Source: Epiperipatus broadwayi (lineage: Eukaryota > Animalia > Onychophora). Taken from it: a DNA stretch of 64,000 nt. The stretch is from NCBI GenBank assembly GCA_028023455.1, contig JAQFVV010000003.1, positions 4,402,001 to 4,466,000 on the forward strand, read 5' to 3'. The notes beneath the pieces are model-generated. The model was not told the DNA's origin. It was given only the letters and a program-made list of their open reading frames with translations, and did not search any database. The translations under genes were made by a program, and so were the position numbers. Position 1 is the first letter of the stretch. Each line of letters begins with the position of its first letter. This document shows positions 52,604-64,000 of the stretch, one piece after another.

Positions 52604-52638
52604 GGATTTACACCCCTTCATTTCATTTGAGACAATGA
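52604..52638 (+). CDS. Possible short terminal exon (GIYTPSFHLRQ*)
   Basis: ttttattttacag acceptor 131 nt after the previous donor, phase-compatible, then TGA. Confidence 0.25.
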
Positions 52639-53807
52639 TTCTTTTTTATAAATTTAAACAGCCAGTAGTATTTACCATTATTATATTATTTAAATCTGAT
52701 ATTTTCCCCTTAAAGGGTTTACATAAAATAAAACAATAATAAATCTCTATTTTTAATTTGTATAAGAATAGAGTTTTCTCTTTCTGCAAATTGCTTACAT
52801 AGAAATATGTGATGACTGGGCATAAACATTAAACTTATATCTTTAAATTAATATTTAAAAATAATTAAAACAATAACAGGCAATCATATTTTTTAATAAT
52901 GTAAAAATTGCCCAATTTCATTGTTGGCAAATTTACACATTTTTTTTGAAACAATGTTAATATTATAATAACTTTTGTATGACTATTTATATATTCAACA
53001 AAATATAAAGAAATGCTTTTGTATTTTCTAGTGGATGTCTTCATTATATTTCCATTTTAATCTATATTTTCTTGGGATGTGAATATATTGTTTCAGTAAA
53101 TATGCGTATATTACTACAAGTGTATATTGGTTAATAAAATTATATTTTACACTTTAATTTTAGAATAATATTGGAATTAAGCATTCTATCAAATAAGAAA
53201 AAATAAACATATCAATAATAAATGCGTAAATGTTAACAGATTTGCAAATTATTAACAAAACAAAACAAAAAAATATGTAGTATAAGATGTTATAATAGCA
53301 AAATGCTAGCAAATAAAAAAAACAAATTTTTGTTATCATTTATTTATAATTTCTCTGCATTTTCAAAGAGTACTATTTTTATTTATTTATTTAATTTTTT
53401 GCAGTTTAAAATTTTTTTTTGTCTTTGCAAGACCTTTGATGGAATCCAAGGCTACACTTCAATAAATAATTTGTTTATTATTCCAACAATTCATTTGCTC
53501 TTATTTTTTCAAATTATTTTATAAATGCAATTTAATTTATTACAAAGTAAAAAAAAAAAAACACTTTTATTGCTTTTTATAATTCAGAAATCCTGTTGAA
53601 AAATATTTAGCCAATGAAAAATTTTTTTTTCTTTATCTCTGCAATTCTTTGCTTATTGTCTTCAAAAAGATACCCACAAAATAATATTTTCTGCTTTTAA
53701 ATCTTTCTCTACAGATTTCAACAACAATAATAATTATTATTATTAGCCATTAGAAGTCAGCATTCACTCTACTTTAGAAGATTATTATTATTATTATTAT
53801 TATTATT

Positions 53808-53842
<35 letters not shown>

Positions 53843-54593
53843 TACTTTTCAAAGAACTTTATTAAGCAATCAAGAGTTACATAGCTTATTACATATAGTA
53901 TGATACATGAATTTGATACATTTAGTATAGTAACAGTGGTATAATGACATGTACATAAGAGATATACAAAAAATATAAATGAGCATTAAAAAAAAAATTA
54001 CTAAAAGAAATGATATATATACATGAGAAATTAAATGGACAATTAGTTACATCTTAAATTAGGGTACATAAAAAATATGCATGAGCATTAATAATATTAC
54101 TAAAAACAAAAATTATATATATACATGAGAGATTAAATGGACAGTCAGTTAAAAAAAAAATTACTAAAAAATATATATATATAAATAATATATATTATAA
54201 CGATCGAAATGAAAGTGAAGATCGAATCTAACCACAAAAACAATATCTGCAACTACCAGGGCGCCATCTAGGCATTTGAGCCTAGAAAAATTTATAAAGT
54301 AGGCAGATACGCGCTGTTAAGATTCCACTTTCTTTAAATATTCCGACCGTTAGCCCAAGTCACTAGCTCAGCGGAGACGCAGAGATAAAAATCTATAAAT
54401 TTTATATCTTAAATATAAAAGAATAAAAGCCACTGCCAGAAATTAACACATAAAAATATTTATTTACGCACATATAAAATAATATTTAAATTTTGAGGAA
54501 TAAATTTAACGTTTATAATTTTATATTGATCTTTAATTCTAAATTTAAGTAGATTGCAAATAATGAGTTTACTATTTATTTAGAGGGTCGAGT

Positions 54594-54992
54594 ATGAATG
54601 GACTACATAGGTCTGCATTTGAAAGGAAAATATTCTTCCCTGTATTAACCTTAGGCAACAAATTTCGCAATCAACTGGCACCAATCCATCTGATACATTC
54701 ATGTATTCAATGTAGCATGATACGACAACACAAAATACTATATTGTCAGGAATGTACATCTGAACAATAAGTAGAAATAGAGAAGACATTGACTCTCCAC
54801 CAACAGGAATGTGACATCTGTTGGCAAGTAGATCAATAAACAAAAAACTCCATAGGAATGGACTGCGGTCTTCTGCCGACTTACAAACCCATCCATAGGC
54901 AAACAGAGGGTGTGTGGCGTATATCTATAATCCTGCCCGTAGCGGACCTCATACTACATCTACTAATTACACAAATATATCCAATCCATTGA
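54594..54992 (+). pseudogene. Broken antisense Cys-rich frame (three CxxC pairs) within the LINE 3' region
   Basis: MNGLH..CIQC-x10-CQEC..*..CDICW..*..: one frame of ~132 codons with TAA stops at 54768 and 54837. It falls below the ORF-track size cutoff. Confidence 0.3.
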
Positions 54993-56435
54993 ACCAATTC
55001 AACTACGAAATGAATAACCTAAGATTACCCTCCCTTAATACAACTTTACAAAACTATATAGCCATTCACGCCCGACTTAATTTTAACATTTAAATACGTT
55101 CGCACAGATTTGTTTAAAAATGTTGGGTATAGATCGATTACATAGATTCCACGGTCAAAAACATTTCAAAATAAACATAAACGATCAAAATACAAAATTA
55201 TTGATACCGACAATCGCAGAGGGAAACTTATAAGTAACCCAATAGTATTCACCATAAGATACTTGTGTTGTCACCAATAACTTAAAAGACATCCGAATAA
55301 ATACATTTTAGATATGTCTATATATTTTGATCAAATATGAAAACCAAAATATAATTAACCGCAAACGAATCCATGCAAGCGTCTATAAACAACTTAAATT
55401 TCATACATTTAAATAATCTTTACAATAAGGAAAAAAAAATGGAAATGATGTTTATCAATCGGGAAACATATAAAATTAAACATTATTAATTTGATTTAAA
55501 AACTTAAAAGTCAGATAGAAGTTCATAAGCTTGAACGAAAGTTCTTAGTTATTTTTTTTAAATTTAGAGTTCATGTCAATATAGCTTACAGTATAAGGGT
55601 CCAGGTTCCTGTTGGCAATTCCCATGGCATCTCCATTGGAAGAAAATGTTCTGGAGGTAGCATTAGCTGGTTCCATTCTGGTATCACAGTCTTTTCATTT
55701 TTTTTTTTTTTAAACAAACAAAAAAATGAGAGAGAACGGCAAGTGCGTCTTACCGTTGTCATCAAATCAAGTTGGAAAAAACTGACTGGAACTCAATATT
55801 TTTTTCTTTTTATAGTCCTCCTATGGATTCCATGAACAAAAACGTCACTGTTCTGTTTTTTCGTTATGGTCCGGGCCTTTATTTGCTTCCATTGGTCAAG
55901 CTAAAATCTCTTTCTTCTCTTATCTAACTTTTCATCTGACTTTTTAATTAAACAGCTTTTAGATAATTAATAAACAATCATTTCCATTTACAGATTACAG
56001 GAATTAATTAATACCTGTTTTTATTTTAACTTACGTTATTTTTTTATTAAAATATTTTTATATTTCAATCTTGTATTTTTTTATTTAAAAAAATACGTTC
56101 AAATACTTTTTTTTCTTGTTTATGAAAAAAATATTTTTAAAGTTTAGCATCTGTGCGAATATATACGTTTAACAATATTTTAATTTTAGCGTTTAGTTTT
56201 TTACTTTTATTTGCGAACTTTTATTAAGTTTTTATTTTAAATTAATGTAACGACATATTTATATATCGTTACAATATGTACATGAGAAATAATATGGACG
56301 ATCAGTTACTTCTTGAATTAGAGTACATCTATACAGAAAAAAAATCTCAAACTGGAGAAAAATTATGTAAGTTTATTCAGGTCTCTTTTTCATCATCTCA
56401 CTGGGGTGACAAAAATGGGACATTATTACTTTGTG

Positions 56436-59400
56436 CTAGGATCTAACGTTTTTATTCATTAAAGACCAAGTGTCTTGAAAGACTTTTTCTGATGTGATTT
56501 TTTTGTCCCTTTCTCTAATACTTTCCAATTTGATTGAAAAGGTGTTTGGGTGTCTTCTAGGGTTATTATTGTACGTGAATGTACATCTGGTGCACCATAG
56601 TGCATATAGAATAAAAGTGCTTGCCTGAATTTGTGCATATATACCCTTACTGAATGTTTTAAATAAATAGTGCATGTTGGCATGCGTGTTATTAAATAGT
56701 CTAGGGATTGCTATCCATATGTTGTCAAAGCATTGACAATCAAAGAATAGATGAGCTTGTGTTTCCATTTCTCTGCGACAAAGTGTGCATTGAGCATCTA
56801 CTCTCTTGCACTGTCTTTTATATTTATAAAAATAAAGAGTAGGGAGGCATTCCAGATTTAGTTTAACTAAAAAGTCAAAGATTTTTGGCTCCAAGTTACA
56901 AAACCTAAATTTTCTAATTATTTGACAGTTATTGAGATTTAAAATTCACTTACACTCATCATTAATTGAATGTGGTTGGAGGAGTGAATGGACTTCCCAT
57001 TATCTATATTTATTTAGGGGAGGGTGGAAATAGAGGTTATCAATGGAGAGCAAAGGGTCAATAAGGTTTTTACAATAGCCTTTTAAAGGTGGTGGTCTAT
57101 CAGTGGGTGTAATTTTGAATGTAGGAGCGATTTGAGAGAATAATTTAGTAATAGATGAGATGAGGTTTAGTGTTTTCTGTATTCTAAATGTGTTAACTGA
57201 ATGGAGTCCCATCCCATTATGAATTAGTTGACACTGAAGTTTTCTGATCGAGATGGAAACAATACGTTGATCCCATAGTTTTCTGAGCATTGAGAACATA
57301 TATGTGAGAAAAGCTTTTGCGTATATAACTACTGGAATATAATATATAATTCTTGTATTGATTAGCATGTTGAATAGTGATACTTTTGCATAAACTGAGA
57401 GATAAGTTTTCATGAGTGAGCTCATTATATTTTCAATTTTTATTTTGAGTATGTTCTGGATTTTTACTCACATTGCTGCATTACTCAGATGGAATGAGAA
57501 ACCCCAAAAAGGGGTAGGCTTTCCTTTAAAGAAAGGATGCTGGATAGGCTGTCCATTAAAAATTTTCCATGCACATGATTTATCAGCATTGAATTCAAGT
57601 CTATATTCCCTTGAGTATTCTTCCAGTATTTGCAACAGCATTGGCAGATATTTTTTATTTGGCAGGAACACAGTGATATCATCCATGGAGGCTAAGCATG
57701 GTATGTTGGTATTTATCCTCAAAATGTATATGCCAGGTATGCTTTTTTCAATTTTATTCAAAAGTGAGTTTATATATGTTGTGAATAAGGTGGCACTTAA
57801 TGGAGATCCTTGTGGAATGGAGCAGTAAGGGTTGAAGAAAGGTGAGTACTTTCCATTCGTTGTAAGGTGTATTTCTCTATTAATCAAGAAGTTAGTAATG
57901 ATTTATAGTATTGATCTAGGAATTGGTGTATCTACTAATACATCAATAAGTTTTCCAATTGGAATGTATCAAAGGCAGCTTTAATGTCTAATTGAACAGC
58001 TATTGGACTATGTTTTTTCCTGTTTTTTATGTCATCAATAATTGTTTTGAATAGGATCGCAGCTTGTCCGGTAGATGATCCTTTTTTTTTGCAAACTGCC
58101 ATCTCAAGATCATTGGTAGGATATGCAGTTCAATTTTGTCTTTTATTACAGATTCAAGGATTTTGTTTCCAAGGGGGCTCATAGATATAGGCCGTATGTT
58201 TTTGACAGTCAAGATTTTTTCTGGTTTTTTGTGAAACGGGACTAGTAGTATGGGATATAGGCCTTCAAAGAGATATAGTTCTTTTGCTAAAAAATTTGCC
58301 AATCTTGACAAGTATTTGGCAGTAAAGTGTCCAAGATGAGCATACACAAATTTAGGTATACCATGTATTCCTGGGTGACAAGAGTCAGGTATATCAGCCA
58401 TTTTCTTAATGAATTCTTCTGGAACAAATAAAATGTCATCTTCTGGTATTCCAAAATAATGTGGCTTTGGATGAAATCTTTCACTACCTTGAAAGGCATT
58501 TTTAAAATGTAGATATAATGAGTTAAGAATGTTATTACCAGATACCACCTCATTTTGAATTTTAAGTGCACTAGGGACTCTAATTTTTGGGGATTGACCC
58601 AATGCCCAGTGAATGTATTGTCTTGACCATGTATGAGGTTTGTTTAGATATATTTTTCTTTATTTAATAGAGATATTCTCTGAGTGTTTTGCATGTGGAA
58701 AAATAAGCTTTTCTCAGAGCAGCAATTCTAGAGTATTCATCAGCCTGCGATGTTGAGTGAATAATTCTCTTGTGCAGCTCATCAGCAAGTACTAGCAATT
58801 TTGTCGGTGGGGAAGAAATCCGTGTAATATGGTTAATTGTGTGAGATACAATATTCACAAAAGCAATCAATGCTTGCAGAGGATCCAAGTCTAGCTTCAT
58901 CATTTTGAAGATTGCTATGTAGATTTCAGAAAACAGAAATTCTGTGGTTCGATTTGGAAGTAAAATTCGGATTGTTTTATTAGTTGATAATTGTGTTTTA
59001 TATGATAAGTCAATGTTCATGGTGACAACTAATTCTAGGTGGTCTGATAGTGTTGAGTTATTGAAAGATATTTTAATCATATGATGAAGCATAGGAGAAT
59101 AGAAGACCAAGTCAATCAGTGAAGAATGTCTACCATTGTTAAATGATACTGTATTATTTGGTAGACATCCTTCTCCACTCATCAGAGGAATTGTGAGTCT
59201 GTGAAGCCATTTCTTAATAAATTGCCCATAAGACATGTTGAAGTCCCCTAATAATAAACATGGATATGGTGATGATGCAAGGAGGGAATTAATGGTCAAT
59301 ATTAGCCTATTTACTATTGTCGGTCCTGGTGGCATATATACAAAAACTATGTTTAGAACTATGGCTTGATGATTTAATGTGATGATCAATATATGAGAGT

Positions 59401-59670
59401 CCATGTAAAGTATTCTAAATGATTTGAATGGGCATGTTTTATTGATAATTGCACCCATGCCTGCTGATGGTGTAATGGATGTTCTTGAGAAAATAGAGAA
59501 ACCATAATTATGTAAATAGTCTGATGGTTTTATATGTGAGCTGTCATATATTTTGTTTCAACCAAACCAAGTACTTGGGGTTGGGTAATACTAAGCCATT
59601 TTGAGAGGTCCATGACTTTTGCCACAGAGTTTAAACCCCTTACATTAAAAGCCCCAATTTTTACTTTCAT
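56436..59670 (-). pseudogene. LINE ORF2: AP endonuclease, reverse transcriptase, C-terminal zinc finger; several frameshifts
   Basis: AFNVRGL, GLVETK, LLGDFN (APE). NIRPISM, LDIKAAFD, IPQGSPLS, ASMDD (RT). CTLC..ETQAHLFFDC (zf-RVT). A 2-bp TA slip near 59535. Confidence 0.93.
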
Positions 59671-59727
59671 ATTGATTTATAAGAAATTGTATACAATACT
59701 ATGTCAAAAGCAAAATGGTTATTCATA

Positions 59728-61236
59728 CTACTTACACTCCATTTCTTGATCATAATCCATGTTATTGGCAAAAGACCCTAACTCTGATAAATCATGCTGG
59801 CTCTGCATCTCAGGAGAGATTGAACAAGTTGCATTTTTGGAAGCTGGGTTTAGACCTTCATCGAGAACTGAGCAGGGTGTGATTTTGTTGGCTTCATTTA
59901 TTAGATCATTTTCTAAGATATTTGCAATCTCATTGTTGAGGTTTAAGTTGGCAATTTTTACTTTTCTTCTTCTTCACTGGAATCTTGTGATTGAGTCCCT
60001 TTTTTTGGTACATGCTTCTTGCATGGAGGCTGACCCGGTTTTCTCATTTCCGTGGCCCTGCTTGTGTTTATTTGTGACAAGCTTGGCACTGTTTCATCCA
60101 TGATAAGCATGGGTTTTTTATTTTTAATATAACTTTGTACTATTCCATCCATGATATTGGTGGATGTTTTATTTCTTATGACAGTGGTACTTGGATTTTC
60201 TGCATCTTTTAGTATGTCATCCATATTGACTTTAGTTGTATTTTCTGTTTCTAATTTACTTTCAAATTTAATAAGTAAATCATTAGTTTCTTGCATATCT
60301 GTTTCACAGATTGCATTGTCTTGTGTTTTATTCTCTGGGCAACTCGGCGTGTGTTTATTTTATTACAATATATGCATCACATATTAATACAGCTGTTTGC
60401 CAAATGACCTCTTTGGCCACACTAGAAGCATTGAGGTTTTAATTCATGTATAATCAGAAGTAGGGTTGCTTCGTGATCAGTGATTTGCATAGGTGTGTTT
60501 AGCAGTTCCACATTATTATGCAATTTTACTTTGTACTCATAGTTATTGCTATAGACTGGGACAGGGATATCTTTCAGGTAAATTGGTTGGAAGTGTATCA
60601 CAGTTCCAAATGGTTCACTTAATCTTTTAAAATAGTTGACAGTATAATTTAAAAAAGCATTTTTCAAGATGCTCGAAATAACATTCTGTCTATTCTGGTT
60701 TATTATTATAAGTGCGTAATTGCAGAGGGTTTTGATTTTTTTTTTAAAAAAGATTTCTTTGCTCTGTATTAAAGAATTCTAGAATTAGATATCGAGAGTT
60801 GGGGTGATCCGCTATTCGTAGAATACTATCCCATAAATTGTTGCAGGTAAGAGCTTCATATAATAATTCCTTAGGGAATTTATATAATGAGCAGTTCAGA
60901 TCAGTAATTGCTATGACGACAGACTGTAAAGAATCGTTTAAAGGAAGCAAACAGGCCCTTTGGCACCGTATCATTAAAATTCTCTGAGATGTTCTGCAGT
61001 TGATCATCTGTCCACATAATTGAAGAGCTTACTTGGTTTTCTTCATTTGAGGTGGCTTTTAAATCTAATTCTGCTATATCCGCTGTCGTTGTTTTCCTAA
61101 ATCTCGGATTTGATTCTAATTTCTTATTTATAAAAAAAGTGTTTTTATTTGAAACTTTATCTTTAGCTAGCGATTTAGTAATGTCAGCATACATGGGTGG
61201 ATTTTCTTCACGTGGCTTTGGACTAGTGGCACTCAT
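59728..61236 (-). pseudogene. LINE ORF1 (gag-like, CCHC knuckle), frameshifted
   Basis: MSATSPKPREENPPMYADI..., LWDSILRIADHPNSRYLILEF, and PQCF*CGQRGHLANSC near 60390-60430. Confidence 0.85.
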
Positions 61237-63379
61237 GTTAATATTATTGCTAGCCGCTAACAGCAAAGGTGAATTAATTACAGATGTATACTCAATACAC
61301 ACACAATATATATATAAAAGTACTTGCCTTCATCTTATTCAGAAGTAAGTCACAATTTTGAGGGTTTAACTCCAGTAAAAATATGATTAATAAATGATAG
61401 TAGTTAGACGTTCATTCACAATGATCAGAGCATACTTGCGCATGTGCACTTATTATTATTATTATTAATATAAAAAAAACAAAAAAAAAAACAAATTTAT
61501 ACGTCAGTGATTTTCCTTAAGTAAAATACTAATATGATTTTTTAAAATGCATTTATCATTTCTTTAACTATTTTATATTTCTTTTTTTTATTATTATTAA
61601 GACTATAAATTGTTTGATATGTTTATATATATTTTTTATTTCTGTTCTTACACAAGTATTTTAATCCTTTCAAATATGTATTTTTTTTTCGCTAGTTAGA
61701 ATATTGCTGATGTATTTTTGACTTATTAATATAATCTCCTTGAACTTACTATCTCAGTATTTATAAACATTTATATTCACAGAGTTGTAGTAAACTTTTT
61801 GTGTCTAGTTAAGATAAACATAAGGTGTTTCTATCTTTTTCTAGCAATTGATGTACTTACAAACATAATGAACAGAATGAATTTCACAAGTTTTCTGATA
61901 AAATAAATTCAATTAGAATCCTAGGAATTTATCTGCTTGTCTATCATATCACTATGACTTTATATATATAATTATGAGATCATTGTGTTTAAATGATAGC
62001 ACATTTATACACATTACAGGTAACCTGTATTTGAATCAAGACCAAGTAAATGTACAATTTTTTCATCAGATATATAATTTTTTTGGTTAGTTATACTATA
62101 GTCAACTCAACTAATCATTCAATATTGAGTAGTAAATAGGCATCTAGCTATTTTAAGCAAAAGAAAACACAAGGATAGAAAAATAATCAATCATAAATAC
62201 ATGGAAATTATTATGCCTGATAACTATTACTATTTTCTCCTTCATTGTTGTTATGAAATGCTATTGGAAAAACTTTCACTTTGCACTGTACTATTTAAAG
62301 ATTTATTTTATATATATATTATGATAATAAAATTTACAAATATTTATTAAGGCATAGCTGAAACTAATTAGTTTCTGCTTTGTAAATCTTAGATAACTAT
62401 TAATCTTATGAATAAATAATATATAAAGCATTAATGCACTTTATTTAGTTAGCAACTAAAATTAAGAAAATGGATATACACATTGATTAAATGTGTAAAC
62501 TCTTATTATGAACAATGTTTGAGTGCTAATTAAATAAAGATGCTTTATAGTTTATATAATCAATTTAATATATTGCTAATTATGCAATTATAATTTGCTT
62601 ATATTTATATAATTTAACACAGTATTTGATGAAATAAACATAAGACTCATATATACATAATCAATTATATATCTTTAATTCGGCTATTATTTGATAAAAT
62701 TAGAAAAGATTTTGATAAGATCTTCATCTTGTAATCTATTTTGGTTTCTCATCTATTCAATAAACTCATCCTCACAACTTAATAACTACATAAATAATAT
62801 AATCCTTATTTATGTATGTTAACTTTTAACTTTTGAATATTTTTTACTCATGCCTATACATGCATGAAACAATGAGAAATGCAGAAATATCCAATAATAA
62901 TAAGGTTAAACAATTATACTTCACTTTAATAAATCTTACTGTGAAAAATTTACATTTATATGTAATATAATATATTATAATGGTTATAAAAGAAGAATAA
63001 AGAGCATATTTAAATATTATTTTTTAACTTTTCTGCTTGAATGTTAACTTTTGGTTTGTCTTTTTCAGGGTAATTGAAATTTTTATGGGTTGTTATTTTT
63101 TATGATATTTACACTTTTCTGGTGTTTATTTATTCACTGAAGTTTTTGATGATATTTTGTATATAAATACCAATATTTAGGCATTTTTTATAGTTGGTCA
63201 TAATCAGGATACCTCCTTCTAAGCATACAGTTTATATATATATACATCAATAAAAATAATAAATATAATGGTAATTAACTATTATATACAGTCTTTCAAT
63301 TCACAGAAGTACTTTTAGTTAATTCCTTAACCCTTCCAACTGCCATTAAATTTCAAAAACAATGGAAGCAAAAGACATT

Positions 63380-63790
63380 AACTCAAATCCCATGACTCCT
63401 GATTTTTATTGTTAGCAGCTTGTTTATTAATTAAATTCATTTTATTCCTATTTATTAAAATTGCCTCCTTAATTTTTTTTTATTATGGTTTCTCTCTTCA
63501 TGAAGAATCTTAATACTTTCAATATAAAACTTAAATTTATATTTACATGTCCTTTCATGATCCAAAAAAACTGAAGTAGTCATTAAATTACTATTATTTT
63601 TACTTTTCACATGCTTGTATAACAATTCATGCTCCTTTAATCTTTTTTCAATATTGCATTTTGATTCACTTATATATGATAACATATATCCACAAAAAAT
63701 TTGATAAACAACATTAGGGTACTTATAACCTAATTGAGCTTGACCACTTGATGGCATTCTGGCTCGCCAAAACACCTAACAAATGCCGTT
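63380..63790 (-). mobile_element. Penelope-like element GIY-YIG endonuclease fragment
   Basis: NVVYQIFCGYMLSYISESKCNIEKRLKEH, followed after a frameshift by KIKEAILI. Confidence 0.85.
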
Positions 63791-63830
63791 TACAAGGCCT
63801 TCATTATGGCTATTTGTCTTAGCCATTAGA

Positions 63831-63870
63831 AGGCCGTTGATGATGACATAACGCAGAAATATTACGGCCT
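63831..63870 (+). ncRNA. Hammerhead-like motif opposite in orientation to the adjacent PLE fragment
   Basis: Stem I aggccg/cggcct (6 bp perfect), core TTGATGA (C3>T), short stem II, then GAAA-TAT-TA. Confidence 0.5.
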
Positions 63871-64000
63871 ATTTCTGCTTTGTGACAGTTATTGTGAATC
63901 CACACACTTATCTTTCATGTACAGTTTGATATATATATATATGTGTATATTTTGATTAGTCAAATTTTTACAATATACGTTACACAATCTTTGTATTTGT

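Larger units (their letters stand above)
53781..61467 (-). mobile_element. Full-length disabled L1/Tx1-clade non-LTR retrotransposon flanked by (ATT)n
   Basis: ORF1 plus ORF2. AATAAA at 53858-53863 followed by a (GAT)n(AAT)n tail. An (ATT)n run also lies at the 5' end (61450-61467). Assigning 53860-56430 to the element is inferred. Confidence 0.8.

Noticed and set aside
55697-55711. Definitive 3' end of the LINE
   Set aside because: No matching TSD at the 5' end, whereas the (ATT)n flanks and AATAAA at 53858 fit better. Kept as an internal A-run.
144-63775. Most short ORFs in the supplied track (e.g. 12375, 14735, 26351, 30123, 57412, 59759, 60151)
   Set aside because: They are antisense shadows of transposon ORFs or low-complexity F/I/K/L-rich frames expected in AT-rich DNA.

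Overview
Very AT-rich, CpG-depleted eukaryotic DNA, probably from an invertebrate animal. It reads as intronic or intergenic sequence made mostly of decayed mobile elements. Most ORFs in the supplied track are spurious or transposon fragments. Main contents: (1) a full-length but disabled L1/Tx1-type LINE on the minus strand (53781-61467), flanked on both sides by (ATT)n, with an unusually long 3' region containing a broken antisense Cys-rich frame; (2) an ORF1-only, polyadenylated HAL1-like element (11834-~15470) whose ORF1 is homologous to the LINE ORF1 and is interrupted by a TSD-flanked tandem/inverted ~308-bp repeat; (3) an intronless BRMS1L retrocopy with one CGA>TGA-type stop; (4) two Merlin-like TIR elements with 8-bp TSDs and one Tc1/mariner-like element; (5) LTR-element remnants; (6) many Penelope-like element (PLE) traces: GIY-YIG fragments, decayed hammerhead motifs, and at least three (possibly four) head-to-head palindromes. 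One palindrome is built from a tRNA-headed SINE with a PLE-type hammerhead tail. A few possible host exons resemble the WASP GBD region. All alignments were done by eye, and no database searches were run.
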